The notes: a model not told the origin generated them from the letters alone. DNA of 64,000 nt from an uncultured Methanosarcinales archaeon (GCA_964441565.1 CAYTWW010000002.1:88032-152031), one strand, 5' to 3'; shown: positions 9,980 to 19,101, counted from the first letter of the stretch. Made by a program: numbers and translations.

Positions 9980-10288
9980 CTATTTCGAATGTATGCTTTC
10001 CGGCGCGAAGCCCAGCTCGATGAGGATCTCCCTCACACGATGGATGTGATTTCCCTGGAGCTCGATCTTCCCGCCCTTGCCGGTTCCACCGCAGGCGAGC
10101 TGCTCCTTGAGCTTCCTCAGCACCTCTTTGGTGTCGATCTGCTTCACATCTATCCCTTCGATCAGGGTGTTCTTCTTGCCGAATTTTTTCTTGATCAGAG
10201 ACAAAGTTATCTGCTGTGCCTCCTTAGCGATGCTCTCGCATACGCAAAGCTCTGTCGGTAGTCCGCAGGTTGTGCAAATTTCACTCAT
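9980..10288 (-). CDS. sui1: Translation initiation factor SUI1 (aSUI1/eIF1)
   Basis: 102 aa with an N-terminal C-x2-C-x3-C-x-C motif plus the SUI1 fold motif KFGKKNTLIEGID ... ACGGTG. Confidence 0.85.
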   Translation of the reverse strand: MSEICTTCGLPTELCVCESIAKEAQQITLSLIKKKFGKKNTLIEGIDVKQIDTKEVLRKLKEQLACGGTGKGGKIELQGNHIHRVREILIELGFAPESIHSK

Positions 10289-10469
10289 TTTTGTTTAGCT
10301 TTGTCAGGATCTTTGCGATATTCTTCCTGACCTTCTTGATCTGTCCCGGACTCTTCAGGGTCGTGCCTGTCGCTACCTGCGCATTTAGCTTGATGAGTTC
10401 TTTTTTCATCTCTGACATGGCAGTCTGGAGCTCTTCCGGACTTTTGGAGTTGATTTCCTTATTCTTCAT
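10281..10469 (-). CDS. rpl29: 50S ribosomal protein uL29 (L29)
   Basis: 62-aa helical protein, SPEELQTAMSEMKKELIKLNAQ. Confidence 0.85.
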   Translation of the reverse strand: MKNKEINSKSPEELQTAMSEMKKELIKLNAQVATGTTLKSPGQIKKVRKNIAKILTKLNKNE

Positions 10470-11199
10470 TTTTCTCTTCTTTCTTCTTTTTAGCTCTGGC
10501 CTTCTTAGGCTTCGCTTCCTTGACCTCGGCCTTCACCTCAGCCTTGACCTCTTCTGCGATGGCCTCGGCCTCAGTGCCCTTGACCTCTTCGACAGTAGCC
10601 TCGAAAGGCACCATCTTGACGTCGTCCGGGACCCTTGTGTCAGGTGGCATGATGCTTACCTTGATCCCGACGACACCTGTCTTGAGCTTTGCGATGGCGA
10701 ATGCCACGTCCACGCTCGTGAGAGCGAAGTCGCCGCATTTCTTGAGATATCCCTGGTAGAATCTCCAGGTCCTAGCCCTTGCGCTTGGGATCTTTCCTGA
10801 TATCAGGATCTCGATCCCTCTTGCGCCTGAGCTCATGACGTCTGTCATCGACTTGTGGCCGATGCCCTTGAACCTCATGGATCCGAATTTCTCGAGAGAG
10901 TTCGCGATCCTGTCTGCTACGACCTGTGAGACCAGGTTGACGTTAGGGACTTCGCTTATCTCGATCTGCGGATTCTCGAGCGAGAACCTCTTCTTGAGGT
11001 TCTTTGTGAGCTTCTTGATGTTCGATCCTCCTCCGCCGATGATAAGGCCTGGCCTTGAGGCATATATCACGATCTTCTCTCCGAGAGGGGTCCTCTGGAT
11101 CTTTGTGTGCGAAAGTCCGACTCCTCTGAGATTCTCAGCGATATACTCCTGGATCTGGAACTCCTTGATCTTCTGAGTGACGATTTCTCTCTCAATCAT
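10459..11199 (-). CDS. rps3: 30S ribosomal protein uS3 (S3) with an A/E/K-rich C-terminal tail
   Basis: 246 aa with a KH domain (GVGLSHTKIQRTPLGEKIVIYASRPGLIIGGGGSNIKKL) and a C-terminal EAEAIAEEVKAEVKAEVKEAKPKKARAKKKKEEKNEE tail. Confidence 0.9.
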   Translation of the reverse strand: MIEREIVTQKIKEFQIQEYIAENLRGVGLSHTKIQRTPLGEKIVIYASRPGLIIGGGGSNIKKLTKNLKKRFSLENPQIEISEVPNVNLVSQVVADRIANSLEKFGSMRFKGIGHKSMTDVMSSGARGIEILISGKIPSARARTWRFYQGYLKKCGDFALTSVDVAFAIAKLKTGVVGIKVSIMPPDTRVPDDVKMVPFEATVEEVKGTEAEAIAEEVKAEVKAEVKEAKPKKARAKKKKEEKNEE

Positions 11200-11638
11200 T
11201 TTTAACCTTCTCCTGCTCGGCGAGCACGACCTCTACATGTGTCCTCTTCATCTTCCTTCTCCTGAGCCTTCCGAAATGCCAGGGGCTGGAGGCCTTGTGC
11301 GCGACCATATAGACGATGTAAAGATCGCTTCCGAGCCCTTTGGCTCGTGCATTTGATTCTGCGCTCTCGATGAGCGACATGATCATCTTTGCTGCAGTGA
11401 CAGGGTACCTTCCGGCAGCGATGCCTGGCTTGTGGCCTGTATCCCTGTTGAACCTCTTCATAGGCACTGCCTTCTTCTTGATGATGACCTGTGCGAGGAA
11501 TCTCTTGGCAGCGGCTGTGCTCTTGCCCCTGCATGCGCTGCATATCTCGACAGACTGCTTCATGGAGATGCTGAGGTTCTTGCCCACAGCGAAAGCCATG
11601 TTCTCCTTGAGGCCCTGATAGCTGAGAGTGTATTCCAT
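11192..11638 (-). CDS. rpl22: 50S ribosomal protein uL22 (L22)
   Basis: 148 aa, canonical position. Confidence 0.9.
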   Translation of the reverse strand: MEYTLSYQGLKENMAFAVGKNLSISMKQSVEICSACRGKSTAAAKRFLAQVIIKKKAVPMKRFNRDTGHKPGIAAGRYPVTAAKMIMSLIESAESNARAKGLGSDLYIVYMVAHKASSPWHFGRLRRRKMKRTHVEVVLAEQEKVKND

Positions 11639-11640
11639 CT

Positions 11641-12024
11641 TTACCTCACCGAGATCGCTGCGCTCGATTTTGTCGCGCCGATTCCTGGAGCGCTGTGGTT
11701 GACCCTTCTCCTTGTGAGCGAGAACTCTCCAAGGTAGTGGCCGACCATCTCTGCTGTGATCAGGATCGAGACATACTCCTTCCCATTGAAGACCTTGATC
11801 GTCTTGTCTACCATCTCTGGCACGACGACCATGTCCCTGCAGTGGGTCCTGAGGTTCTTGTCATTCTTCCTGATCTTCTCCATGACCTTCTTGTGCTCTT
11901 CAGATGTGCCCCTCTTCAGGGACCTTCTCTGCCTCGAGTTCATCAGCTTGGATACCTCAGGGATAGACATCTGCTGGATCTCGTCCAGCGTCTTTCCCCT
12001 GTAAAAAAATTCTTTCTTAGCCAT
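11641..12024 (-). CDS. rps19: 30S ribosomal protein uS19 (S19)
   Basis: 127 aa, [30 protein letters not shown]-terminal S19 signature. Confidence 0.9.
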   Translation of the reverse strand: MAKKEFFYRGKTLDEIQQMSIPEVSKLMNSRQRRSLKRGTSEEHKKVMEKIRKNDKNLRTHCRDMVVVPEMVDKTIKVFNGKEYVSILITAEMVGHYLGEFSLTRRRVNHSAPGIGATKSSAAISVR

Positions 12025-12029
12025 TTTGT

Positions 12030-12734
12030 CTACCTTTTCCTGCCTGTCCTTTTTGGATGCATCTTACCGACGTTCCTTCCAGGTGGCGCGTTCTTTGGAG
12101 CTATGGTTGGGAATCCCTTCTTGGATGACCTCGATGTTCCGAATGGATGGTCCACTGCGTTCATCGACTGTCCCTTTACTCTAGGCCACAGCTTGTTCCT
12201 TGCCTTCATATAATGGAATCTTGTACCTGCCTTCAGGAAAGGCTTGTCCTTCCTTCCAGCCCCTGCGATGAGCCCTATGCTTGCCCTGCAGCTTGGATTG
12301 AATGATTTCTGCTTCTTGGATGGAAGCTGGACAATGACCTGCCCATCCCTCTGCGCGACGACCTTGGCATACGCTCCTCCTGCTCGGACGAACTTGCCTC
12401 CATCGCCTGGCATAGACTCGATATTGAATACTTCGGTACCGACAGGGATGCTTGACAGCGGCATTACATTGCCTGTGGCGACGCCTGCCTCTGTGCCCAT
12501 CTTGATCATGTTGCCGACACGAAGGCCAGCTGCTGCGATCATGTAGCTCTCCTCTCCGTTGTCGAGCCTGACCTTGGCCAGCGGAGCTGAATGGCCTGGA
12601 CACTTGACGAAATCCTCGATCCTTCCTTCGCTCTCCCCGCGTGCGTACTTGACCTCTGCCTTGTACCTGAAGCTGGGAGCCGTGTATCGCGGGCCTCCCC
12701 TTCCTCGTGCCTGTGAAATTATATTCTTACCCAT
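12030..12734 (-). CDS. rpl2: 50S ribosomal protein uL2 (L2)
   Basis: 234 aa, highly conserved L2 sequence (GRNxxGxITxRHxGGGHK-type region: [38 protein letters not shown]). Confidence 0.95.
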   Translation of the reverse strand: MGKNIISQARGRGGPRYTAPSFRYKAEVKYARGESEGRIEDFVKCPGHSAPLAKVRLDNGEESYMIAAAGLRVGNMIKMGTEAGVATGNVMPLSSIPVGTEVFNIESMPGDGGKFVRAGGAYAKVVAQRDGQVIVQLPSKKQKSFNPSCRASIGLIAGAGRKDKPFLKAGTRFHYMKARNKLWPRVKGQSMNAVDHPFGTSRSSKKGFPTIAPKNAPPGRNVGKMHPKRTGRKR

Positions 12735-12735
12735 C

Positions 12736-12993
12736 TTACATCAGCCCCAATTGGGTGGCGATATCTATGGCCGGCGTCTCGTCAGAGAAGGTGATGTATG
12801 CCTTCTTCCTGGCATCCGGTCCGATAGCGGTGTTGACTTTCTTTATCTTGACCTTGTACATATCTTCGACAGCCTGCTTGATCTCTTTCTTGTCAGCCTT
12901 GATGTCGACGATGAAGACAAGCGTGTTCTTGGATTCCATAAGCCTTATGGACTTTTCCGTCGCAAGCGGATATTTTATGATGTCTGTGACCAT
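12736..12993 (-). CDS. rpl23: 50S ribosomal protein uL23 (L23)
   Basis: 85 aa, located between L4 and L2. Confidence 0.9.
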   Translation of the reverse strand: MVTDIIKYPLATEKSIRLMESKNTLVFIVDIKADKKEIKQAVEDMYKVKIKKVNTAIGPDARKKAYITFSDETPAIDIATQLGLM

Positions 12994-12994
12994 T

Positions 12995-13855
12995 TTACAG
13001 TTCCTTCTTCACGCTTTTTCTCTTTGGCTTCTCGACAGCAGCCTCTGCTGTCTTCTCAAGGAATAGTCCCTCTGAGAATTTCTCGAGCGCCTTGTCTGTG
13101 AATATTGCCAGCCTTCCGCATACGCCGCCTGGCGCAAGGAGCTCTGCATTCACGTTCTTGGCAAGGCAGACCTGGACCCCAGGTATGTTCTTGGCAGCTC
13201 CCATGAGCTTGCATTTCTCTGAGACGATGATCACAGGCCCGATCTTGCTGACCTTCCTCCTTCCCCTCATCTTTGCCTTTCCAGCACCGACCTTCTTCTC
13301 AGATACTCTCTCGAGCTCCTTGTCGAGTCCTAGCTTGCTGAGCAGGTCCAGGACTTCCTTTGTCTTGCTCAGTCCTTCTGTTCCTGCATCGACGACAAGA
13401 GGGTACTCGGCGATGACATGGCCTCTCTTTGCCACAAGCTCCTTCTGGACGCTTGCCGAGAGAGCTGACCTTATCGCTTTCCTCTTCTCCTTGATATTGA
13501 TCTTCTGTGATACGACCTTGTCGATCTGTGGAGGATGTGCCCTCCTTCCGCCGACGGTGTTAGGTGCGACAGCTCCCACCCAGTTGAACCTTGTTCCCCT
13601 GTGGGACATGATCTTCCTTGGGACCCTGGAGATACCGTGGCCATAGGCTGCTTTCCAGTCTCTCCTTCTCCTGGAGAGCTTTCCTTTCTGCCTCCTACCT
13701 GCATCTGGCTTTGCTCCATAAACCTGGGCCTTGTGGCTCCTGATGGCAAGCACTGCCCTCTTGATGAGGTCTGGCCTTATCTCTTCATCGAACTGCTTGG
13801 GGAATGTGACATCCCCCTTTGCTGTTCCTGTGAGTGTCTTGACTGTAGCTTTCAT
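12995..13855 (-). CDS. rpl4: 50S ribosomal protein uL4 (L4/L1e)
   Basis: 286 aa, L4 core with a K-rich C-terminal extension. Confidence 0.9.
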   Translation of the reverse strand: MKATVKTLTGTAKGDVTFPKQFDEEIRPDLIKRAVLAIRSHKAQVYGAKPDAGRRQKGKLSRRRRDWKAAYGHGISRVPRKIMSHRGTRFNWVGAVAPNTVGGRRAHPPQIDKVVSQKINIKEKRKAIRSALSASVQKELVAKRGHVIAEYPLVVDAGTEGLSKTKEVLDLLSKLGLDKELERVSEKKVGAGKAKMRGRRKVSKIGPVIIVSEKCKLMGAAKNIPGVQVCLAKNVNAELLAPGGVCGRLAIFTDKALEKFSEGLFLEKTAEAAVEKPKRKSVKKEL

Positions 13856-13857
13856 TT

Positions 13858-14847
13858 TTATCTGCCCTGCTTGGATGACTTGCTGATATAGACTATGTTC
13901 GGCACTTCCTTTGTCTTCTTAGGGTTAGGCCTTATCGATGGCGTGAAGATGATGAGCCTCTTCTTTGGGCCTGGTACCGATCCCTCTAGGAGGACGTAGT
14001 CGTTCTTGACAGTCCCGTAGTGCGTGATGCCTCCCTCCTGGGAGACCTCGGTCGCATCAGCAGAGATCTTTGCGATCCGCTTGTTGTATTCTGTCCTCTG
14101 GTGGAAACCCATCTTTCCTGAATGCGCGACCCTCCACATGATGTGGGCCTGTGCGCACCATGGACCAAGTGAGCCTGGATTCCTTGTGGACTTCTCAGAC
14201 TTCTTCTGCCTGAGTGATATACCGAATTTCCTGACAGCTCCCTGGAAGCCTTTCCCCTTGGTGATCGCATGCACGTCGACCTGGTCGCCTTCCTTGTAGA
14301 CATCCGATATCCTGATATCCTTTCCGATATTCTGCTTGGCATATGCGAGCTTCTCCTCGACACTGCCCCCCATCCTCAGCTCGAACATCTCAGGCTTCTT
14401 CTTGATGCCTGTGAACTTTGGCTGGGTGTAGACCATGATCCTTACTTCTGTGAAATCCTTTGCGTCGATCGCCTCTAGCTCCTTCGCAGGATCAGTCTCT
14501 TTCTTGGAACCGATGATCTTCCTCTCCGCTTCCTTGTCAAGCTTTGCTCTTATCTCCTTGACGAGCCTCAGCGTAGGTCCCTTCTTGTAGAACCTGACTG
14601 ATGCGATTTTGATCGGAGGACATTCGACTATTGTTATCGGAACACATATCTCTTCCCCTTTTGTCGACGAGTTCTTGTAGTTGTCGACAACCATCATGTG
14701 GGACATCCCGACCTTGTAGCCGGAGAACCCTAGCATCTTGCAATCCTTGACTGCGGGAGCATTCCTCACTCTAGCATATGACCTCTTTGCTCTGACTCTG
14801 GGCCAAAATTGTAGTGATCCTTGCCTTGGGCTTCTTGTTGTTGCCAT
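13858..14847 (-). CDS. rpl3: 50S ribosomal protein uL3 (L3)
   Basis: 329 aa, first gene of the cluster, conserved L3 sequence (GFSGYKVGMSHMMVVDNYKNS...). Confidence 0.9.
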   Translation of the reverse strand: MATTRSPRQGSLQFWPRVRAKRSYARVRNAPAVKDCKMLGFSGYKVGMSHMMVVDNYKNSSTKGEEICVPITIVECPPIKIASVRFYKKGPTLRLVKEIRAKLDKEAERKIIGSKKETDPAKELEAIDAKDFTEVRIMVYTQPKFTGIKKKPEMFELRMGGSVEEKLAYAKQNIGKDIRISDVYKEGDQVDVHAITKGKGFQGAVRKFGISLRQKKSEKSTRNPGSLGPWCAQAHIMWRVAHSGKMGFHQRTEYNKRIAKISADATEVSQEGGITHYGTVKNDYVLLEGSVPGPKKRLIIFTPSIRPNPKKTKEVPNIVYISKSSKQGR

Positions 14848-14861
14848 TTTTAACTCTATCT

Positions 14862-14882
14862 TGTTTTATATTGCCTTGATAT
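14862..14882 (-). promoter_or_regulatory. Candidate archaeal TATA box/BRE for the ribosomal-protein operon (leaderless or short-leader transcript)
   Basis: The minus-strand sequence ...GGCAATATAAAACAAGATAGAGTTAAAAATG places an ATATAAAA element about 20-25 nt upstream of the rpl3 ATG. Confidence 0.3.
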
Positions 14883-15155
14883 GACCTATTGTTGAGGCAC
14901 ATGCGGCAGAAGACTTCAGCGCCGCGAACCTCTTTTCAGGTCAGCTAAACATAATCATATTATGTTTTTAGTGCGGTCTAGAAATTGCAGGTTCCTTATA
15001 AATCTTGCTAAGGCTTAGGTTATAATGAAATCCTTGGTATTTGAGATGAAGTTGATTAAAACAGTACACGATGCATAAAGCTGCGCATGTTTGGTACATG
15101 CACCAAGGGATTGATTGAATCACTGAGGTTAGGAGGCGTGCCTAAGGCCATGAAG

Positions 15156-15546
15156 AATCACCAAGGCACTTAGGACTTCGTCCTGGTGCCACTCGCGGTA
15201 CTCGTGGTGCTGAGGACTTGCGTCCTGGCATTACTCGATTTTCTCGTAACTTCCGATTTACCTGCTTTTACATACTCACGGAATCACCAAGGTACTAAGG
15301 ACTGCGTCCTCGTATCACTCGAAGTATCTCGTGATTCCGATATTCGGCGTGAGCAATCTCGCCGATCGGAATTATGGAACGTCAATATTTTTTCCAGGTC
15401 TCTTTTTGAGGCGTTTGACTCCATTCGGAGTAATTTCATACCTAGACATTTCAAACAAAGAGATTTTCAGAACGGAAAAAGGACGAAAAGACTATGCCTA
15501 ACTCTCCTCAGTGCACCAATCCCAATAAGGGAGCCTCTGGCACTTC
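15156..15546 (+). repeat. Copy 1 of a conserved multi-block intergenic repeat family (longest copy; contains three tandem hairpin units)
   Basis: The ordered blocks are: aatcaccaagg; hairpins ggcac-tt-aggacttcgtcct-g-gtgcc (about 15166-15190), aggacttgcgtcct (about 15213-15226) and aggactgcgtcct (about 15298-15310); the stem TTCCGAT..N22..ATCGGAA; ttttttccaggtctctttttg; agattttcag; and gggagcctctggcacttc (15529-15546). The same blocks recur in the same order near 21.0, 24.3 and 43.5 kb. Confidence 0.75.
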
Positions 15547-15601
15547 TCTTTCCATACTTGATCACCACAGGTTCTGAGGAAGGGTGATTCTGTTTCAGTT
15601 A

Positions 15602-15865
15602 CTACGTCGGATGCGTATGATAGTATTTCAGCACACCGACAGTGAACCTGCCTTCTTCAGGCTCCCGTATGAACACGCAGAGCACAAGATGACGCTCTGA
15701 ATCAGATCTCTTGGAATTCACTTGGGAGGTTATGTTGATGCATCTCGCATGCACAGTGGCCTTCCTTTCTGGGAAATGCTCAACTTCGACACCCGCCGAG
15801 CTGATGTTATAGCTGACAGTGTCCGCATCTTCCCCGAGGAATTCCATCAGCTCGTCTTTTATCAT
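15602..15865 (-). CDS. Hypothetical small protein
   Basis: 87-aa ORF with no recognisable motif; intergenic context; weak support. Confidence 0.3.
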   Translation of the reverse strand: MIKDELMEFLGEDADTVSYNISSAGVEVEHFPERKATVHARCINITSQVNSKRSDSERHLVLCVFIREPEEGRFTVGVLKYYHTHPT

Positions 15866-15963
15866 CCATGGAAAAACGTCAGGATTCTATATAAAATATC
15901 CCGCTATCTGATAAAAGGAATTGAGTGCCATGCCATCTGCCCCATTGCAGATAGATTCACATC

Positions 15964-17226
15964 CTAACCGATGCAGCTGCCATCCCTCCTCATACCCTTG
16001 GCGCATCTCCCATCCCACGCAAGCTTATCGATAGGAAGAAGACCCTCTTTTAGGATGATAACACCCTGCTTGTTCTTCAGGGAGAACCTTGGAGAGACAG
16101 AGAAGAGACCATCTGCCCCGATTTTCCCTGACAACCTTGTGTTCGTAGAATTGTCTGATATGAAATAGTAGCTCAGGTCAAGCTCTTCATCTCCCTGGTT
16201 ATGCAGGATAATCTGTTCGTTCCCCTCATCCTTGCCATCTGGATTATAGAGGACCTCTTGTATCTTGAGCTGCCCTTCCTCCACCCTCTCGTAGTCAGCC
16301 TCCCTCAGTATTTCGAACTCTTCGACAAACTTCCCCGCGATGGCCGCATCGTGGATGATGATGATGTTCTCATCATTCCTCTCATTGGCGTTCTTAGTGG
16401 GATTGAAGCTGCCTGTTATCACAGTCGCATTGTCTATGATGAACACCTTGTGGTGCATTGTCCCCGGGTTCCTGTCGAGTATCGAGAACTCTGATAATCC
16501 TGAGAACTGTGAATAGGAGGACTCCTGCCTCTTCTCGAAGACACCTCTTACATCGAGACCTTCATGCCACAGGTTGTAAAGTTGATTGGCGATATCCTCA
16601 TCTGTGAAAGAGAAAGTCATGAAGTATGCTGAGCTTTTGGCTGCCTTCAGCTCCTGGAGGACTTGGAGCTTGCAGTTGTCCTCAGGGCAGAAGTAGTTCT
16701 CGACTGGTATCCCTCCCAGTTGGACCCCTGTGTTCCTGACCTTCCCTCCCTTGCCGTGCTCTCCCCTCTTCAGCTCTTCGAACTCATCGAGATAATTCTC
16801 AGCTATGCTTCGGGATCGTATTATTATTATATTGTTGTTGTTCCTGAAGTTATCGTTCTCAGTAGGATTCATGCTGCCAGTCCATACTATCTCACTGTCG
16901 AAGACGCAGAATTTATTGTGCATGAGCGCAGGAGAATAGTGGCTTGTGAATCCCTCTATTGCCTCGGAATCCTCTATGACTACATCTGCTCCCTTCTCCC
17001 TCAGCATACTCTCGATCTCAGGAAGGTTGAGCTCATAGAATGCGCACTTGATCTCTCCTGCTGAATCGATCAGAGGCAGGAGCACTTCCATGCATCTCTC
17101 TCTTGGACAGAAATAAGCATCTATGGATCCAGCCTCAGATAGGACTGTCTCCTCCCCAGGTGACACGACAATGATGCCAATCAGCATGATAGCGACTATG
17201 ATAAGGATAAGGACAGGAAGCTTCAT
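15964..17226 (-). CDS. Secreted phospholipase-D-family nuclease (two HKD motifs) with C-terminal lamin-tail domain (LTD)
   Basis: Start re-chosen at MKLPVLILIIVAIMLIGIIVV (signal peptide or N-terminal anchor). Two HxK(x4)D motifs (HNKFCVFD and HHKVFIID) each sit with GSxNPT (GSMNPT, GSFNPT). The C-terminal EVLYNPDGKDEGNEQIILHNQGDEELDLSYYFISD resembles LTD domains of extracellular nucleases. Confidence 0.75.
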   Translation of the reverse strand: MKLPVLILIIVAIMLIGIIVVSPGEETVLSEAGSIDAYFCPRERCMEVLLPLIDSAGEIKCAFYELNLPEIESMLREKGADVVIEDSEAIEGFTSHYSPALMHNKFCVFDSEIVWTGSMNPTENDNFRNNNNIIIIRSRSIAENYLDEFEELKRGEHGKGGKVRNTGVQLGGIPVENYFCPEDNCKLQVLQELKAAKSSAYFMTFSFTDEDIANQLYNLWHEGLDVRGVFEKRQESSYSQFSGLSEFSILDRNPGTMHHKVFIIDNATVITGSFNPTKNANERNDENIIIIHDAAIAGKFVEEFEILREADYERVEEGQLKIQEVLYNPDGKDEGNEQIILHNQGDEELDLSYYFISDNSTNTRLSGKIGADGLFSVSPRFSLKNKQGVIILKEGLLPIDKLAWDGRCAKGMRRDGSCIG

Positions 17227-17231
17227 ACTCC

Positions 17232-18056
17232 TCAGACCCTGGATATCCTGAACACAGCTTCTTTCGAGACGCAATCGATGCTCCCATCTGATCTCCTTGC
17301 CACATGTTCATCCTTGTCAGGCCCGACCCTGATAGCGAAGACCAATACCTCCGGACACTGTCCTACCCGGGCAGGGTCATACTTCATCTTTAGGATTGCT
17401 GGTTCGCTGAATGTCATAGAAGGAGCGAATGTGTATGTGTCTGATACGCTGCCCGCACCTGAGATATCTATGGTGAAAAGCTCTTCTCCTGAGGACGGAG
17501 GGAGCTCAATGGTCAATATGCCATCGACCGACTCAAGCTGTGTCCACGCATCATCGTCCATCATGATGGATGAGCTGAAATCCGGATCTACACTTGTGTA
17601 TGGCCTGTCGCCTCTGATAGAGATGACCGACCCCGGAGGCTGGCAGATCATATAAGGATACCTGTCGATCCGGACATCAGGGATCTGGAATGACACCATA
17701 TCCATCCTGTCCTTCACCAAGAACACATTGTTATCAGTATCCAGCTCAGAGGAGATCAGCGGATAGTTCGAGATGATTCCTGAATCCAGGATCTCATTTT
17801 TTCTGCTGCTGTCTATCAGGCAAATCTCCCGGAACTCGTCTGGCAGATCATATTTCAGGTTCTTCTCCGACCCGAATTCGCTGCTGAGTGACTGGAAATC
17901 TGCCTTCATTGTGCTCTGGAGCCTGGTTAGCTGCATCTCCTTACCAGACCTTGCAGCCGCACCTACAGCATAGTAACCGACCATGATTATTGATGCCACC
18001 ACGATAAGCCCGAAGACCATCATCAGCATCTGAGAAGATATCTGTGCTCTTTTCAT
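17232..18056 (-). CDS. Membrane-anchored extracellular hypothetical protein (possible class III/prepilin-like signal)
   Basis: 274 aa. The N-terminus MKRAQISSQMLMMVFGLIVVASIIMVGYY has basic residues followed by A-Q and a hydrophobic stretch, which could be a prepilin-type signal. It is co-directional with, and 5 nt from, the PLD nuclease gene. Confidence 0.5.
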   Translation of the reverse strand: MKRAQISSQMLMMVFGLIVVASIIMVGYYAVGAAARSGKEMQLTRLQSTMKADFQSLSSEFGSEKNLKYDLPDEFREICLIDSSRKNEILDSGIISNYPLISSELDTDNNVFLVKDRMDMVSFQIPDVRIDRYPYMICQPPGSVISIRGDRPYTSVDPDFSSSIMMDDDAWTQLESVDGILTIELPPSSGEELFTIDISGAGSVSDTYTFAPSMTFSEPAILKMKYDPARVGQCPEVLVFAIRVGPDKDEHVARRSDGSIDCVSKEAVFRISRV

Positions 18057-18130
18057 GTGATACTGATGTCCTAGATCACTATAAAAATATTTTCAACTGC
18101 AGGACACAGGATCAACAAAGGAGTTAATCC

Positions 18131-18412
18131 ATGTTCTTAAAACTTGGTCACAATCTATATAAGGATTCTTCATTAGCAAACGATATGGTGATTCATAGTA
18201 TGCAGGAATTGGTGCACGAGACTTGCCCTTGCTGTTGCAGCTGTGACCTTGAGGAGGATAAGAAGGTCTGGAATCCATTCATAGCAGAGCAGTATGGATT
18301 CTGGGAGAGGAATTCTGCGATCATCAGGTTCCTGACCGGTTTCTTCGCCAAGAAGCAATGCAACATCAAGACGATGGTCTGCAGGAAATGCGGCTATCTC
18401 AAACCATTTTGA
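18131..18412 (+). CDS. Hypothetical Cys-rich small protein
   Basis: 93 aa with a CPCCCSCD cluster and CRKCGY. Weak support; it overlaps short antisense ORFs. Confidence 0.3.
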   Translation: MFLKLGHNLYKDSSLANDMVIHSMQELVHETCPCCCSCDLEEDKKVWNPFIAEQYGFWERNSAIIRFLTGFFAKKQCNIKTMVCRKCGYLKPF

Positions 18413-18949
18413 TTATCTGAACCATCCCGAGCTTTTCTTGAGGCTATGCTTGGTCTCAGGATGGTCTTTTTCTAATTTGTCCAGGAAATCCCCAAGCCTT
18501 GTCTTATATCTCTCGACATATTTCACACTGAGTATACTGCATAATCTCCGGCATTCCTCATCAGAGACAGATATAAGCAGCTTGACATGTTTCTTCCCTC
18601 CAGACCAGAAGTTACCAAGATCCTCTGGCTGCCCTTCAAGATAGCCTTTGATGAAATGCTCGCATTCCATATCAAGGTCCCAGGGCAGGACTATGCTCTG
18701 TGCGTCTGTGCTATATGTCGAATCTTCATAGACGACTTCAAGCGTATATGGCATGTCGCCCAGGATCTGCACGAGGAAGTGCTTTGATAAGGCAAAGAGA
18801 TGGCTGCCATCATCGACGATGCATATCTTTTCCCCTGGTCTTATACCTGCCTCCCTGAGATCCTTCCCTATCCTTTTCTCGATGACTACCAGGAAGCAGG
18901 GGTCGCATATCTCATGCTTCGATTCCCTCTTGCACCTCGCACAGATCAT
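18413..18949 (-). CDS. Hypothetical protein with N-terminal zinc ribbon (C-x2-C...C-x2-C) and a degenerate PP-loop-like segment
   Basis: 178 aa, MICARCKRESKHEICDPCF followed by GEKICIVDDGSHLFALSKHFL. It resembles the N-terminus of Ncs6/TtcA-type PP-loop proteins but is too short and lacks SGGxDS. Confidence 0.4.
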   Translation of the reverse strand: MICARCKRESKHEICDPCFLVVIEKRIGKDLREAGIRPGEKICIVDDGSHLFALSKHFLVQILGDMPYTLEVVYEDSTYSTDAQSIVLPWDLDMECEHFIKGYLEGQPEDLGNFWSGGKKHVKLLISVSDEECRRLCSILSVKYVERYKTRLGDFLDKLEKDHPETKHSLKKSSGWFR

Positions 18950-19101
18950 CCTCTCTCGGAAGTGGAGTATCGCTTATATTGGTATTCCATTTTTGTTACT
19001 ACTTTAGAATACTCTCAGTTTCGAAAAGTATTTATATAAGGTGTACTATTCAAAAGTAGAAACAAATCACGTGCTTATTGATAAGCATTCATGATCACCT
19101 C

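Noticed and set aside
15160-15320. Possible CRISPR array, because of recurring hairpin units
   Set aside because: The units are imperfect variants with irregular spacing (about 47 and 85 bp). There are no unique spacer-like segments of constant length, and no cas genes nearby. The same units recur singly in dispersed copies of the larger element.
15186-15587. 133-aa + strand ORF spanning the repeat hairpins of copy 1
   Set aside because: The ORF lies entirely within the conserved non-coding repeat blocks and hairpins. The same blocks elsewhere are not in a conserved frame, and the composition is low-complexity. It is best explained as a chance ORF.
18413-18949. Assigning the zinc-ribbon protein as a tRNA thiolation PP-loop ATPase (Ncs6/TtcA)
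   Set aside because: There is only a faint resemblance (N-terminal Cys pairs; GEKICIVDDGSH instead of SGGKDS), and the protein is about half the expected length. It is left as hypothetical.
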